A stretch of 64,000 nt of DNA from Bacteroidia bacterium (GCA_018401705.1 JAGYKL010000004.1:37810-101809), one strand, 5' to 3'. Positions 30,617 through 42,653 are shown, counted from the first letter of the stretch. Program-made: numbers and translations. The notes: generated by a model from the letters alone, not told the origin.

Positions 30617-31623
30617 TCGTTATTCACTGAGTCTGTAAGTGCAATTAAAGCATTGTCTAATAATTCACCAGCATTCACAGGAACAACGCCAACACGCTCG
30701 CAAACACTAGCTCCAGCTAGATTAGCTATTTGCGCAATACTTTTTAGATCAATGCCCGAAACAAAACACAAAGTTGCTGCACTAATTACTGTGTCACCAG
30801 CTCCAGATACGTCAGCAATGTTAATTTCTTCTGCTGGAATTCTGAAGAATTCTTTGCCATCTGTGATTACTAAGCCGTGCTCAGAAAGCGTAATTAAACT
30901 TATATTATGCATTAACTTAGTTCTCAAATAATTATCGGCATTAATTAAAGAATCATTTGAAGTGGCATCTATATCTTGCTTTAAGCCTTCCTTTATTTCT
31001 TTTAAATTAGGCTTGAATAGATCGACATGCTTGTAACCGGCAAAGTTTTTTGATTTTGGGTCTGCTGCTACCAGTATATTATTCGCCTTGCAAAAGGTAA
31101 CTACCTCATAGATAAGCCTTTCGTCTATCAGGCCTTTATCATAATCTTCAAATATTACAGCATCAGGAGCCTCTTTTTGAAGGATTTTTAAGATTGACTC
31201 CTTTACTTGCACACCTTGTGAGTCGCTCATTGCAGTATCTAACTCTTCGTCAACTCTTAAGAGTTGATGTTTATTCCCAATGATTCTTGTTTTTACTGTT
31301 GTTGGCCTATCAAGCCTTACCATACCAGAAATTGACAAGCCTTCATCAGTGAGCATCTGCATAAAGTCATCGCCATCTCTGTCATTTCCAATGCTTCCTG
31401 CTAAAATCGGTTGTGCACCTAGTGCTTTTATGTTTCTGGCAACGTTAGCTGCACCACCAAGTCTCTTTTCTTTCTTTATCACCTGCACAACAGGCACTGG
31501 TGCTTCAGGGGAAATTCTTTCAACCTTACCAAAGATGTAACTATCAACCATTACATCTCCAATGATTAACACTTTTAAAGCTTTAAAATGCTGGAATATT
31601 CTTTGAAGTTCTTGACGGTTCAT
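30613..31623 (-). CDS. PfkB-family sugar kinase, D-glycero-beta-D-manno-heptose-7-phosphate kinase (RfaE domain I-like)
   Basis: VLIIGDVMVDSYIFGKVERISPEAPVPVV matches the HldE kinase domain. The C-terminal GAGDT motif is present. 336 aa. Confidence 0.7.
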   Translation of the reverse strand: MNRQELQRIFQHFKALKVLIIGDVMVDSYIFGKVERISPEAPVPVVQVIKKEKRLGGAANVARNIKALGAQPILAGSIGNDRDGDDFMQMLTDEGLSISGMVRLDRPTTVKTRIIGNKHQLLRVDEELDTAMSDSQGVQVKESILKILQKEAPDAVIFEDYDKGLIDERLIYEVVTFCKANNILVAADPKSKNFAGYKHVDLFKPNLKEIKEGLKQDIDATSNDSLINADNYLRTKLMHNISLITLSEHGLVITDGKEFFRIPAEEINIADVSGAGDTVISAATLCFVSGIDLKSIAQIANLAGASVCERVGVVPVNAGELLDNALIALTDSVNNE

Positions 31624-32817
31624 TTACTTTAATGCCTCAAGGCCTTTTTTTAAACGTTTAACAGCTTCAATAAGAATGTCTTCTGAAGAAGCATAAGATA
31701 ATCGAATAGAATTCTTGCACCCAAAAGCTTCTCCACCTACAACAGCTAAATGCACAGAATTTAATAGGTACAAACTTAAGTCAATACTAGTGTTTATAAC
31801 TTGATTCTCTGATTTCTTTCCAAGAAAATAACTGATATCAGGAAAGAAATAGAAAGCGCCCTGAGGCTCATTAACTTTAAGTCCTGGTATTTCTCTTAAT
31901 AATTTTAACATAAGATCCCTGCGTTTCTTGAAGCCCTCGACCATAGACTGCACTCGTTCTGGACTTTCATCTAAAGCAGTTACAGCTGCGCGTTGAGTAA
32001 TAGAACAAGTTGCAGAAGTTATTTGTCCTTGAAATTTATCGCAGGCCGCTGCTATCCATTCAGGCGCTCCAATATATCCAAGTCTCCAACCTGTCATAGC
32101 AAAACCTTTTGAAAGTCCGTTAACAGTAATTGTTCTTTCATACATGCCTTCAACTGCGGCAAGGCTAGCATGCTTTCCTGAGAAACGAATTAATTCATAT
32201 ATCTCGTCAGCTATAACAAGCAGATTTTCATGTTTTTTAATTTCTTCACTCAGCAATTGAAGTTCTTCAAAAGAATATACTGAACCGGTTGGGTTGCAAG
32301 GAGAAGAGAAAATCATCAACCTCGTCTTATTAGTTACGTTATCCGCAATTTGCTTTGCTGTTATTTTGAAATCTTGGTCAATTCCAGCATAAACTATTTT
32401 CGGAATTCCTCCGGCAAGTTTGATGATTTCAATATAACTCACCCAATAAGGAGCTGGTAACAATACTTCGTCTCCTGGGTTTATAAGGCTTAAAACAACA
32501 TTGGCAATTGACTGCTTTGCTCCAGTAGAAGCTACAATTTGAGCTGCTGAATACTCTAAATTATTGTCTCTTTTAAATTTATGAGAAATAGCTGATTTTA
32601 ATTCTGGCAAGCCACCAACTGGTGTGTAATGAGAATGATTTTCATCGATTGCAAGCTTTGCCGCATCCTTGATATATTCAGGGGTGTTAAAATCGGGCTC
32701 TCCCAAACTTAAACTAATTACATCATGACCTAATGCTTTTAATTCTCTTGTTTTACGAGCCATTGCGAGGGTTTCAGATTCGCTTAATGCAAGCAGTCGA
32801 TCAGATACACGATTCAT
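31624..32817 (-). CDS. pyridoxal-phosphate-dependent aminotransferase, class I/II
   Basis: PLP-lysine region NGLSKGFAMTGWRLGY. About 397 aa. Confidence 0.8.
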   Translation of the reverse strand: MNRVSDRLLALSESETLAMARKTRELKALGHDVISLSLGEPDFNTPEYIKDAAKLAIDENHSHYTPVGGLPELKSAISHKFKRDNNLEYSAAQIVASTGAKQSIANVVLSLINPGDEVLLPAPYWVSYIEIIKLAGGIPKIVYAGIDQDFKITAKQIADNVTNKTRLMIFSSPCNPTGSVYSFEELQLLSEEIKKHENLLVIADEIYELIRFSGKHASLAAVEGMYERTITVNGLSKGFAMTGWRLGYIGAPEWIAAACDKFQGQITSATCSITQRAAVTALDESPERVQSMVEGFKKRRDLMLKLLREIPGLKVNEPQGAFYFFPDISYFLGKKSENQVINTSIDLSLYLLNSVHLAVVGGEAFGCKNSIRLSYASSEDILIEAVKRLKKGLEALK

Positions 32818-32928
32818 ATTAAGTTTATTTGGGGATGCAAACTAAGTGAATTTTTACATTCAATGGGAATAGCCTAATATTGCAGTCCTTTTAGTGAGCA
32901 TCAATTTTTCCATTAAAAGCCTCTAGAA

Positions 32929-33873
32929 ATGCGTATTTCCGCATCAGTTAGCTCTCTTCATATTCGCGATTTAGCCTCCGCAGTGAATCAACTTGATCAA
33001 GCTGGAGTGAATTTCTATCATTTAGACAGTATAGAAAGCAGGGAGATTTTTGAATTTGCCTCACGATTGAGGAAGCTTACCAAAACTCCATTCGACCTGC
33101 ATTTGATTACTTCAGACCCCGTTAAGTATTGGGATGAAATAAGAGAACATGAAATTCAAGAGGTCACAATTCAATTGGAGACGCTTCATGCTCCTTTTTT
33201 TGTTCCAGCCGATTTGAAGGACAAAGTTGGAGTTGCAGTATTATCGAACAGGCCCGCAGAGTTTTTTAAACTTTACATGGAATCTGCGCCTTCATTGCTT
33301 CTTATGACCACAACACCTGGAATTAGTGGGGGGAAATTTCAACAAGAGCAGTTTGCTAATATAATGAAGTACAGGATTTTGTACCCTCAAGTGCCTATTA
33401 CGGTTGATGGTGGTGTAATTCCAACAGTTTCTGCGGTGCTCTCATTGATGGGAATCTCGCAAATCGTATCTGGCTCGTACTTATTCAAAGGAAGTAGTAT
33501 TCAGGAAACTGTTTCAAATTTAAGAACTTCCGATTTATCAGGCTGGCGCCTGGATGAGGTTATTTTGCCTGAACCTGAAATTTTGCATCAGTTTGAAATT
33601 AGAGTACCTGAATCAATAACATTTATCAATAAGAATGCTGAAATTTCAACTAAGCAAGTTCAGAATAAATGGCTCGATTCTCTTTCTGCAAAGACCGTGA
33701 GTAGTGATTATTATCCGTTTTCTCTGGTTTGGGTACATGAGCAAATTGAGTTATCATCCTTTGCGGACGCAATTAATAAATTAGACTTTTCACCTCATAT
33801 GGCAATAGCTTTGAACGATTTTGATGATGTTACCGGGATTTTTAGCTTGCCAAATTTTATCTCTTCAAAATGA
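32929..33873 (+). CDS. ribulose-phosphate 3-epimerase-fold paralog with altered active-site loop and ~100-aa C-terminal extension
   Basis: Aligns by eye to Rpe: MRISASVSS (cf. MKIAPSILS), YHLD (HVD), DLHLI (DVHLM), MTTTPGISGGKF (MSVNPGFGGQSF) and ITVDGGV (IEVDGGV). The MDGHFVPN segment is absent. Confidence 0.55.
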   Translation: MRISASVSSLHIRDLASAVNQLDQAGVNFYHLDSIESREIFEFASRLRKLTKTPFDLHLITSDPVKYWDEIREHEIQEVTIQLETLHAPFFVPADLKDKVGVAVLSNRPAEFFKLYMESAPSLLLMTTTPGISGGKFQQEQFANIMKYRILYPQVPITVDGGVIPTVSAVLSLMGISQIVSGSYLFKGSSIQETVSNLRTSDLSGWRLDEVILPEPEILHQFEIRVPESITFINKNAEISTKQVQNKWLDSLSAKTVSSDYYPFSLVWVHEQIELSSFADAINKLDFSPHMAIALNDFDDVTGIFSLPNFISSK

Positions 33874-34868
33874 TTGTACACTTATCAAAAGACCTTTCTC
33901 AAAATGACATCCCAGATTTAGCTTTAAGTAATAAAGCTATTTGGTATGAATCAGCCGAATACTATGTATTTGTGCTTCCTTCTTCGATAAAGGAATTGCC
34001 AAATAATTTGCAAAATCATGCCATTAATAACTGGGTTTTACCAGACGATATTCAATTGGCTTCAAGAATCTATCAAGATGATGTTAGAGAGGTTAAATGG
34101 GCGAATTCGATTACTGGTGGTGGAACTAACAACACAGTAATGATTGCCGGACCGTGCTCGGTTGAATCTGAAGAACAATTGGAGCAAACAGCTGAATTGC
34201 TTCTTGAACAAGGAATTAAAAATTTGAGAGCTGGCGCATTCAAGCCAAGAACCTCACCTTATACGTTTCAGGGGCTTGGGATTGAGGGCTTGAAAATGTT
34301 AGATAAGATTCGTTCTAAGTATGGTTTTGGAATTGTTACAGAAGTAAGAGATGCAACTAACGTTGAAGCTATTATTGACTATGCTGATGTTATTCAAATC
34401 GGAGCTAAATCGATGTATGATCACGGTATTTTAAAGAGGTGTGGTAAAGCCGGAAAACCGGTTTTATTGAAAAGAGGGTTTGGTTCAACATTGCAAGAAC
34501 TAGTTCAATGTGCAGAATTTATCCTTTCAGGAGGAAATGAACAGGTGATGCTCTGTGAAAGAGGGATAAGAACCTTTGAAACCAAAACACGATTTACTTT
34601 AGATTTATGCGGAGTTGCTTATTTGAAAGAAAATACGAATCTTCCCGTTATTCTTGACCCATCTCATGCAATGGGATTTGCCTATGGAATTCCCGATTTG
34701 GCTAGGGCTTGCGTAGCAATGGGTGTTGATGGATTACTAATTGAAACACATCCTAATCCTAAAGTTGCTAAATCTGACGCAGCTCAGCAATTAGATTATG
34801 ATGTTTTTAGGCAATTGATGGGAACTTTAAATCCAGTAGCTCAAGCTGTTGGAAGACAAATGGTATGA
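33870..34868 (+). CDS. 3-deoxy-7-phosphoheptulonate (DAHP) synthase, type I-beta with N-terminal ferredoxin-like regulatory domain (Thermotoga type)
   Basis: IAGPCSVESEEQ, GAFKPRTSPYTFQGLG, QIGAKSM, LLKRG, CERGIRTFE, ILDPSHA, HPNP..AKSD. The N-terminal MIVHLSKDLSQNDI parallels the regulatory domain of T. maritima DAHPS. Confidence 0.75.
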   Translation: MIVHLSKDLSQNDIPDLALSNKAIWYESAEYYVFVLPSSIKELPNNLQNHAINNWVLPDDIQLASRIYQDDVREVKWANSITGGGTNNTVMIAGPCSVESEEQLEQTAELLLEQGIKNLRAGAFKPRTSPYTFQGLGIEGLKMLDKIRSKYGFGIVTEVRDATNVEAIIDYADVIQIGAKSMYDHGILKRCGKAGKPVLLKRGFGSTLQELVQCAEFILSGGNEQVMLCERGIRTFETKTRFTLDLCGVAYLKENTNLPVILDPSHAMGFAYGIPDLARACVAMGVDGLLIETHPNPKVAKSDAAQQLDYDVFRQLMGTLNPVAQAVGRQMV

Positions 34869-35554
34869 TTGAATTAATTCGGAATAATCTGAAGTTTTTA
34901 TTGCAAGCAAAAGCTTTTCAAGGAAGAGAACTAAGCAGTGGTTTGCTGGCAAGACTAAATGCTTTGTATAACTCAAAAGCCGATTCTGTAGAAGTTTCAT
35001 TAATTGAAGCACTCGCCGAACAAGGTATTCCGGCTGGTTTGTTTTTTCATAAAAAGTTCGAAGATATAAGTAGCAAGCTCAATAATATCAAGCTTATTGT
35101 GTTTGATGTAGATGGAGTAATGACGGATGCAGGAATGTATTATTCAGAAAGTGGTGATGAGTTTAAACGCTTTCATGCTAGAGATGGAATTGGTATTAAG
35201 CGTTTACATGAGAGTGGCTTTCAGACAGGCGTGATAAGCCATGGAATAAATAAAAATTTGATTGCCAAAAGATGCGAACTATTGGGAATAAAGCATGTTT
35301 ATGCTGGTTCTGAAAATAAGCTATCGGTTCTTACCTTGTGGCTAAATGATTTAAAGCTTGAGCTCTCCCAAGTAGCATTTATTGGTGATGATATTAATGA
35401 TTTGCCATTGCTTGAGAAGGTTGGTTTTTCTGCCTGTCCGGGGGATGCAGTCACTTCTGTTAAATCAAAAGTCGATTTAGTTTTGGAGAAATCAGGTGGT
35501 CATGGTGCAATAAGAGAATTGGTTGATCGCTGCTTTGTTAAAAATTTAGTTTAA
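34865..35554 (+). CDS. HAD-superfamily KdsC-like sugar-acid phosphate phosphatase with ~70-aa N-terminal extension
   Basis: The core [38 protein letters not shown]...[12 protein letters not shown] matches KdsC/KDN-9-P phosphatase family motifs. ATGA overlap with the upstream gene. Confidence 0.6.
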   Translation: MIELIRNNLKFLLQAKAFQGRELSSGLLARLNALYNSKADSVEVSLIEALAEQGIPAGLFFHKKFEDISSKLNNIKLIVFDVDGVMTDAGMYYSESGDEFKRFHARDGIGIKRLHESGFQTGVISHGINKNLIAKRCELLGIKHVYAGSENKLSVLTLWLNDLKLELSQVAFIGDDINDLPLLEKVGFSACPGDAVTSVKSKVDLVLEKSGGHGAIRELVDRCFVKNLV

Positions 35555-35556
35555 AG

Positions 35557-36588
35557 ATGAAAATTGAGAATGATTTAATACTTCGTGCTGCTCGAGGAGA
35601 AAGCGTAGAAAGAACACCTGTTTGGATGATGCGTCAAGCCGGCAGAATTCTTCCTGAATACAGAGAAGTTAGAAGTAAATTAAGTGGTTTTATAGAGCTA
35701 GTAGAAACTCCCGAGTTAGCTGCAGAAGTAACTTTACAGCCAGTTCATCTTTTGGGTGTTGATGCTGCTATTATTTTCTCTGACATCCTTGTGATACCGC
35801 AAGCGATGGGTTGCGCTTATCAAATGATAGAGCAAAAAGGTCCTTGGTTCGAAAATACTATCCGGTCGCAGGCCGACTTAAAGTCACTACATATTGCTGA
35901 TCCTGCTTCAGATCTTGCATTCGTAACTGATGCAATTCGTATAGCAAAGAAAGAGTTGAATAATCGGGTCCCACTTATTGGATTTGCGGGTGCTCCTTGG
36001 ACAATTATGGCTTATATGACAGAAGGTTCAGGCTCAAAAACCTTTTCTGTAGCGCGAAAAATACTTTATACAGAACCAGCTTTTGCTCATAAGCTATTAG
36101 GTATGATAACTGAAAGTACCATCGCATATTTGAAAGCTCAAGTTGAAGCAGGAGCAGATATGTTACAGATATTTGATTCCTGGGCTGGCATTCTTTCTCC
36201 AGCACTTTACGAAGAGTTCTCTCTACCGTATATCAAGCAAATCTGCGAGGCGATTGACGAAGTTCCTGTAACTGTTTTTGCTAAAGGGGCATTTTTTGCT
36301 CGTGAATTATTAGGGAAATTGCCATGTAGAACAATTGGACTAGACTGGAATATGGATATTTTAGAATCTCGAAAATTGCTTGGTCCTGATAAAACTCTTC
36401 AGGGTAATCTTGATCCTTGCTTACTTTATGCAGATCATGAGACAATTAGAAATTCTACTATTGAGATGCTAAAAGCCTTTGGTCCAAATAAGCATATTGC
36501 TAATTTGGGTCATGGTGTTTATCCTGATACAGATCCTGATTCTGTGCGTGTATTTATTGAAACTGTTAAGACATATCGTCATAGTTAA
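35557..36588 (+). CDS. hemE: uroporphyrinogen decarboxylase
   Basis: The signature [10 protein letters not shown] near the N-terminus. About 343 aa. Confidence 0.9.
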   Translation: MKIENDLILRAARGESVERTPVWMMRQAGRILPEYREVRSKLSGFIELVETPELAAEVTLQPVHLLGVDAAIIFSDILVIPQAMGCAYQMIEQKGPWFENTIRSQADLKSLHIADPASDLAFVTDAIRIAKKELNNRVPLIGFAGAPWTIMAYMTEGSGSKTFSVARKILYTEPAFAHKLLGMITESTIAYLKAQVEAGADMLQIFDSWAGILSPALYEEFSLPYIKQICEAIDEVPVTVFAKGAFFARELLGKLPCRTIGLDWNMDILESRKLLGPDKTLQGNLDPCLLYADHETIRNSTIEMLKAFGPNKHIANLGHGVYPDTDPDSVRVFIETVKTYRHS

Positions 36589-36611
36589 TTATTGTAACTT
36601 TCAAACTCGCT

Positions 36612-37358
36612 ATGAACACTTCCGACAGTTTAGTTATCATTCCTACGTATAATGAAATTGAGAATATTGAACGAATGATACGTAAAGTAATGTCGCTTCA
36701 AAAGAAGTTTGACTTACTTATTATTGATGATGGATCACCTGATGGCACAGGTGGAATTGTGGAGCAATTGATTCATGAATTTAATGGTCGTTTGTTTCTT
36801 GAAAAAAGAACGGGTAAATTGGGTTTAGGGACAGCTTACATCCACGGCTTTAAATGGGCCTTAGTTAGAGATTACAGCTTCGTTTTTGAGATGGACTGTG
36901 ATTTCTCACATAATCCTGATGATTTATTGAATTTATATAATGCTTGTGCTATTGATGGCGCTGATTTAGCAATTGGATCAAGATATATAAATGGCGTTAA
37001 CGTGGTTAATTGGCCAATGAAACGAGTTCTTATGTCGTATTACGCTTCTGCGTATGTTCGATTCATAACAGGAATGCCTATTAGAGATACAACAGCCGGC
37101 TTTAAGTGCTATCGTAAGCAAGTTCTACAGACCCTTGAACTAGAGAAGATAAAGTTTATGGGTTATGCATTTCAAATAGAAATGAAATTCACCTCGTGGA
37201 AATGCGGCTTTAAAATCGTTGAAATACCTATCATTTTTCATGATAGGACAGAAGGCCAATCTAAAATGTCTGGAAAAATTTTCAGGGAGGCTGTTGTTGG
37301 AATTATAGAAATGAAAATCAAGAGCTGGTTTAGAAAGTTTCCACAGTTGAAAAGCTGA
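36612..37358 (+). CDS. GT2-family polyprenyl-phosphate glycosyltransferase (dolichol-phosphate mannosyltransferase-like)
   Basis: VIIPTYNE. DDGSPDGT. About 248 aa, DPM1-like. Confidence 0.75.
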   Translation: MNTSDSLVIIPTYNEIENIERMIRKVMSLQKKFDLLIIDDGSPDGTGGIVEQLIHEFNGRLFLEKRTGKLGLGTAYIHGFKWALVRDYSFVFEMDCDFSHNPDDLLNLYNACAIDGADLAIGSRYINGVNVVNWPMKRVLMSYYASAYVRFITGMPIRDTTAGFKCYRKQVLQTLELEKIKFMGYAFQIEMKFTSWKCGFKIVEIPIIFHDRTEGQSKMSGKIFREAVVGIIEMKIKSWFRKFPQLKS

Positions 37359-37453
37359 AATACCCATAAAGTTGAAAGTTCTTAACAAATGATATTCAAG
37401 AATCGTGATGGTTTTTTGAAAAGAGTGCTTTAATGCCTTTCCGAAAGGTTTGA

Positions 37454-39136
<1,683 letters not shown>

Positions 39137-39161
39137 CTGTAAGCAGAAGATATTAGAAACA

Positions 39162-39198
39162 AAAAGGGGATTCATTTATTTTGAATCCCCTTTTTTAT
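39162..39198. terminator. bidirectional rho-independent terminator
   Basis: aaaaggggattca / loop / tgaatcccctttttt lies between the convergent pyrG and pckA. Confidence 0.65.
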
Positions 39199-39216
39199 GA
39201 ATAAAAATAATCAGTT

Positions 39217-40833
39217 TTAGGCTTCGAATGCCACTTTCGGTGCCGCCGATAAAATTTCATCATTTGCAAAGTCTGCAAACTGATTGAAATTTTTAATAAA
39301 CCTGTCGGCTAATTCGGTTGCTTTTTGATCAAAGGCATCTTTGTTATTCCATGCATGTCTTGGAAAGAGAAGCTCTGTTGGCACTCCTTCACATGCAACT
39401 GGCACTTGAAGCGAAAAGAATGGTGTTTCAACGAATTCTACATTGTCAAACTTGCCATTAAGCGCCGAAGTGATTAATGCTCTTGTATAAGAAAGTTTTA
39501 TTCTTGATCCAATACCATAAGGGCCTCCGCACCAGCCTGTGTTAACTAGCCAAACATTAATATTACTGTTGTTTTTAAGCTTTTCGCCTAATAATTCAGC
39601 ATATCGGGTAGGGTGGAGTGGAAGAAAAGCTTTTCCAAAACAAGCTGAAAATGTAGCCTGAGGTTCGGTAACTCCAACCTCTGTGCCGGCAACCTTAGCT
39701 GTATATCCAGAAATGAAGTGATACATAGCTTGCGCAGGCGTTAATTTCGAGATAGGAGGAAGAACACCGAAAGCATCAGCTGTTAAGAAAAAGATGTTTT
39801 TTGGAGCATCTCCTTGGGAAGGCTGCATGATATTGTCTATCAGTTCGATAGGGTAGGCAACTCGCGTGTTCTCAGTTTTTTCAGTATTCGAATAATCTAC
39901 TTCTCTGGTGCCAGGAAAGAAATTTATGTTTTCTAATAATGCTCCATGACGAATAGCATGAAATATTTGAGGCTCTTTATCTTCTGAGAGGTCTATACAT
40001 TTAGCATAACAACCTCCTTCAAAGTTGAAAACAGAATCATCAGACCAACCATGTTCATCATCTCCAATGAGTTTTCTATCAGGATCTGCTGATAATGTTG
40101 TTTTTCCAGTTCCACTTAAACCAAAAAAGATTGCTGTATCTCCTTGTTTCCCAACATTTGCTGAGCAATGCATAGAAAGCACACTTTTTTCGTGTGGAAG
40201 AATATAGTTTAATACAGAAAATATTCCTTTTTTAATTTCACCGGTATAACCTGAGCCTCCAATTAAAATAAGCTTTTTAGTGAAATTGATTATTGTGAAA
40301 TTATGTTGTCTGGTACCATCAATAGCTGGGTCAGCTTTAAATCCAGGAGCATTGATTATATGCCACTCAGGTTCGAAATTGTCAATTTCTTCCGCCTTTG
40401 GGCGTAAGAACAAATTGTTTGCAAACAGATTCGACCAAGAGTATTCTGTAACCACTCTTATATTAAGTCTGTATTCAGGGTTTGCGCACGCATAACTATC
40501 TCTAACATATACCTCAGCACCGCCAAAGTAAGCACACATCCTGTGATACAGTTTGTCAAAACTGTCTTCATCAAACTTGTGATTGATATCGCCCCACCAT
40601 ACGGAGTCTTTAGTTTTGTCGTCGAAAACAACGTATTTGTCTTTTGGAGATCTGCCTGTGAACTCGCCTGTGTCTATGGCTAAAGCTCCTGTATCTGACA
40701 ATGATCCTTCGCCACTTATAATTGTTTCTTCAATCAATTCAGAAGGACTAAGATTCCAGTGCGCAATGGCTACATGTTCAAGTCCTATTGACGCTAAAGA
40801 AGCATTTCTGCCTTTATTGCCGGTTTCTTGCAT
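39217..40833 (-). CDS. pckA: phosphoenolpyruvate carboxykinase (ATP)
   Basis: 538 aa. The kinase-1a motif GLSGTGKTTLS. PEPCK-ATP N-terminal conservation. Confidence 0.9.
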   Translation of the reverse strand: MQETGNKGRNASLASIGLEHVAIAHWNLSPSELIEETIISGEGSLSDTGALAIDTGEFTGRSPKDKYVVFDDKTKDSVWWGDINHKFDEDSFDKLYHRMCAYFGGAEVYVRDSYACANPEYRLNIRVVTEYSWSNLFANNLFLRPKAEEIDNFEPEWHIINAPGFKADPAIDGTRQHNFTIINFTKKLILIGGSGYTGEIKKGIFSVLNYILPHEKSVLSMHCSANVGKQGDTAIFFGLSGTGKTTLSADPDRKLIGDDEHGWSDDSVFNFEGGCYAKCIDLSEDKEPQIFHAIRHGALLENINFFPGTREVDYSNTEKTENTRVAYPIELIDNIMQPSQGDAPKNIFFLTADAFGVLPPISKLTPAQAMYHFISGYTAKVAGTEVGVTEPQATFSACFGKAFLPLHPTRYAELLGEKLKNNSNINVWLVNTGWCGGPYGIGSRIKLSYTRALITSALNGKFDNVEFVETPFFSLQVPVACEGVPTELLFPRHAWNNKDAFDQKATELADRFIKNFNQFADFANDEILSAAPKVAFEA

Positions 40834-40949
40834 AACAATGTTTGATTTAAGGAAATTTGCATTTTGGGATTACAAAATTAGAATAATTCCCTTAGACAAT
40901 AACCAATGTTCCTCTTATTTAACCTGATTCTAAGCAGAATTATCTGAAA

Positions 40950-41450
40950 TTACCTTTTTCTTTTGCATTCAGCATCAAGTTTGATGTGAGCCATTTCAGT
41001 TCTTGATAGAATTTCATTGCAATTATTAACAAATGTCTTAGCCTTCTCTTTATTAAGTGAAGGAAATTGTATACAGTAGTCGACTTCGCCTTCTCTTCCC
41101 CAGGTAACAATTTCATAAATGAAATTATCTGAGTTGTCTGCTTCGAACTTCTTAATATATGAATCGAATTCTCTAGCAATTTTAAAGTCAATTCCTGAAC
41201 CTCTGCTAAAGAAAGAAACAACCATGCTATATATGTTGTCATTTTTCTTGTCAATATTTAAGTCCGCCGATTTAGCATCTTCAATAATTATTTTTTTTAC
41301 TTCTAATGGCTCGCTTTTGTTTGAATCAGCAGTATTTGCTTCGACTTCGGCTGTAACTACCTTATTTTCAATAGTGGCTTCTTTCTTGCTTTTGCAAGAG
41401 GATGTTGCAACTACCGTTAATGTTGTTAGAATTATAACTAGCTTATTCAT
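40950..41450 (-). CDS. hypothetical lipoprotein
   Basis: Lipobox-like LTVVATSSC after a signal peptide. No family recognised. Confidence 0.45.
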   Translation of the reverse strand: MNKLVIILTTLTVVATSSCKSKKEATIENKVVTAEVEANTADSNKSEPLEVKKIIIEDAKSADLNIDKKNDNIYSMVVSFFSRGSGIDFKIAREFDSYIKKFEADNSDNFIYEIVTWGREGEVDYCIQFPSLNKEKAKTFVNNCNEILSRTEMAHIKLDAECKRKR

Positions 41451-41735
41451 GAGTTCCTTAAAGTTTAAACTTTTGTAAAAAAAATGTATTGATAATTATT
41501 TTGAGTGGTCAGCGCTTTAGAACTTAATATACCCTTTTGGCAACTCGAAAGCTCAAAAAGCTTGCCCATTTATGAGAATGTGATTTTATGTAAGTATATA
41601 AAGAAAGAACGTAGACATCTTTAATTTTACTCCATAAATTTTAATCTATTAAGTTATTGTTTAATAATGTGTTGAGAAGATTTACAAATAATTGTTTTAA
41701 AACAAAATTAAATCACATCAAGAATTTAATCTTGA

Positions 41736-42167
41736 TTAGTCTACTTCATCTTTCAACACGCTAAGTTGAAAGAACCTAATGGAAAGCAAAGCCCACCCAA
41801 CAATTAATAAGATTCCTCCTAATGGGGTAATAGGACCTAGAATCTTTAGCTGTGGAAGGTTAATAATCTCCCTGAAACTTAGTAAGTAAATTGAAATTGA
41901 GAATATGATGCTTCCACTAAAGATTAATTTCAATGCTAAAGAAAATTTCACTTTCGATGTAACATTATTAAGATGAAATAGACTTGCAACTAGAATGGCG
42001 TGAAATAGTTGAATTTGAGCAGCGGTAGTAATTGCACTTACTTTATTTAAATCTAAAATTTTAGGCAAAGCATGACTTGCCATTGCAAGAATTACAACTG
42101 AGGTTAATCCACTTAAAGCAGCAAGAGCTGCAAGTCTATATAACCCTTTCCCTTTAGATGTTATCAT
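41736..42167 (-). CDS. DUF423-family small membrane protein
   Basis: About 143 aa with 4 predicted TM segments. An ASHAL...HAILVAS pattern. Confidence 0.5.
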   Translation of the reverse strand: MITSKGKGLYRLAALAALSGLTSVVILAMASHALPKILDLNKVSAITTAAQIQLFHAILVASLFHLNNVTSKVKFSLALKLIFSGSIIFSISIYLLSFREIINLPQLKILGPITPLGGILLIVGWALLSIRFFQLSVLKDEVD

Positions 42168-42544
42168 TTCAAACCAGCTATTACCGAAATTTCAACCCTA
42201 ACTCCTTTAGGAAGTCCTGCTACTTGAACTGTTTCCCTTGCAGGAAAATTTGATTCAAACCATTTGGAATACTCTTCGTTCAATTCCGCAAAGTAACTCA
42301 TGTCTGTTATGAATATACTAGTTTTTATAATTGAAGCCATGGTTGCACCTGCTTCTTCTAGAACAGCTTGAATATTTTTTAAAATCTGACGAGTTTCGGA
42401 TTCGATAGAACCTTCAATTAAGTTTCCTGATGCAGGGTCAATGGCAATTTGTCCACTTAAGAATAGTAAATCTCCATATGCCACAGCCTGACTATATGGA
42501 CCTATTGGAGAAGGTGCTAAATGAGTATTTATTGTTTTAGCCAT
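42164..42544 (-). CDS. ridA: RidA/YjgF family reactive-intermediate deaminase
   Basis: PSPIGPYSQAV...LFLSGQI...IFITDM, the canonical RidA. 126 aa. ATGA overlap with the downstream gene. Confidence 0.85.
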   Translation of the reverse strand: MAKTINTHLAPSPIGPYSQAVAYGDLLFLSGQIAIDPASGNLIEGSIESETRQILKNIQAVLEEAGATMASIIKTSIFITDMSYFAELNEEYSKWFESNFPARETVQVAGLPKGVRVEISVIAGLK

Positions 42545-42653
42545 TATATATTGATTTTATTAGGTGAATCTGTCATTATTTTTGTCCTTGCAATTTATTC
42601 AATGCAATCGTACGGAATTGTATTCATTCTTTTTTTATTGATATTATTATAAA

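Noticed and set aside
33870-34868. Possibility that the DAHPS-like gene is a KDO-8-P synthase forming a non-canonical KDO pathway with the KdsC-like phosphatase
   Set aside because: The protein has the DAHPS-specific KPRTSPYxFQG motif rather than the KDOPS KANRSS-type motif. Its N-terminus (MIVHLSKDLSQNDI...) parallels the regulatory N-domain of Thermotoga-type DAHP synthase.
41451-41735. 285-bp AT-rich intergenic region examined for a small RNA, tRNA or riboswitch
   Set aside because: There is no tRNA-like acceptor/anticodon structure and no RNase P, SRP or tmRNA conserved boxes. Only short local palindromes are present (e.g. aagctcaaaaagctt), consistent with a promoter/terminator region for the flanking minus-strand genes. 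No call is made.
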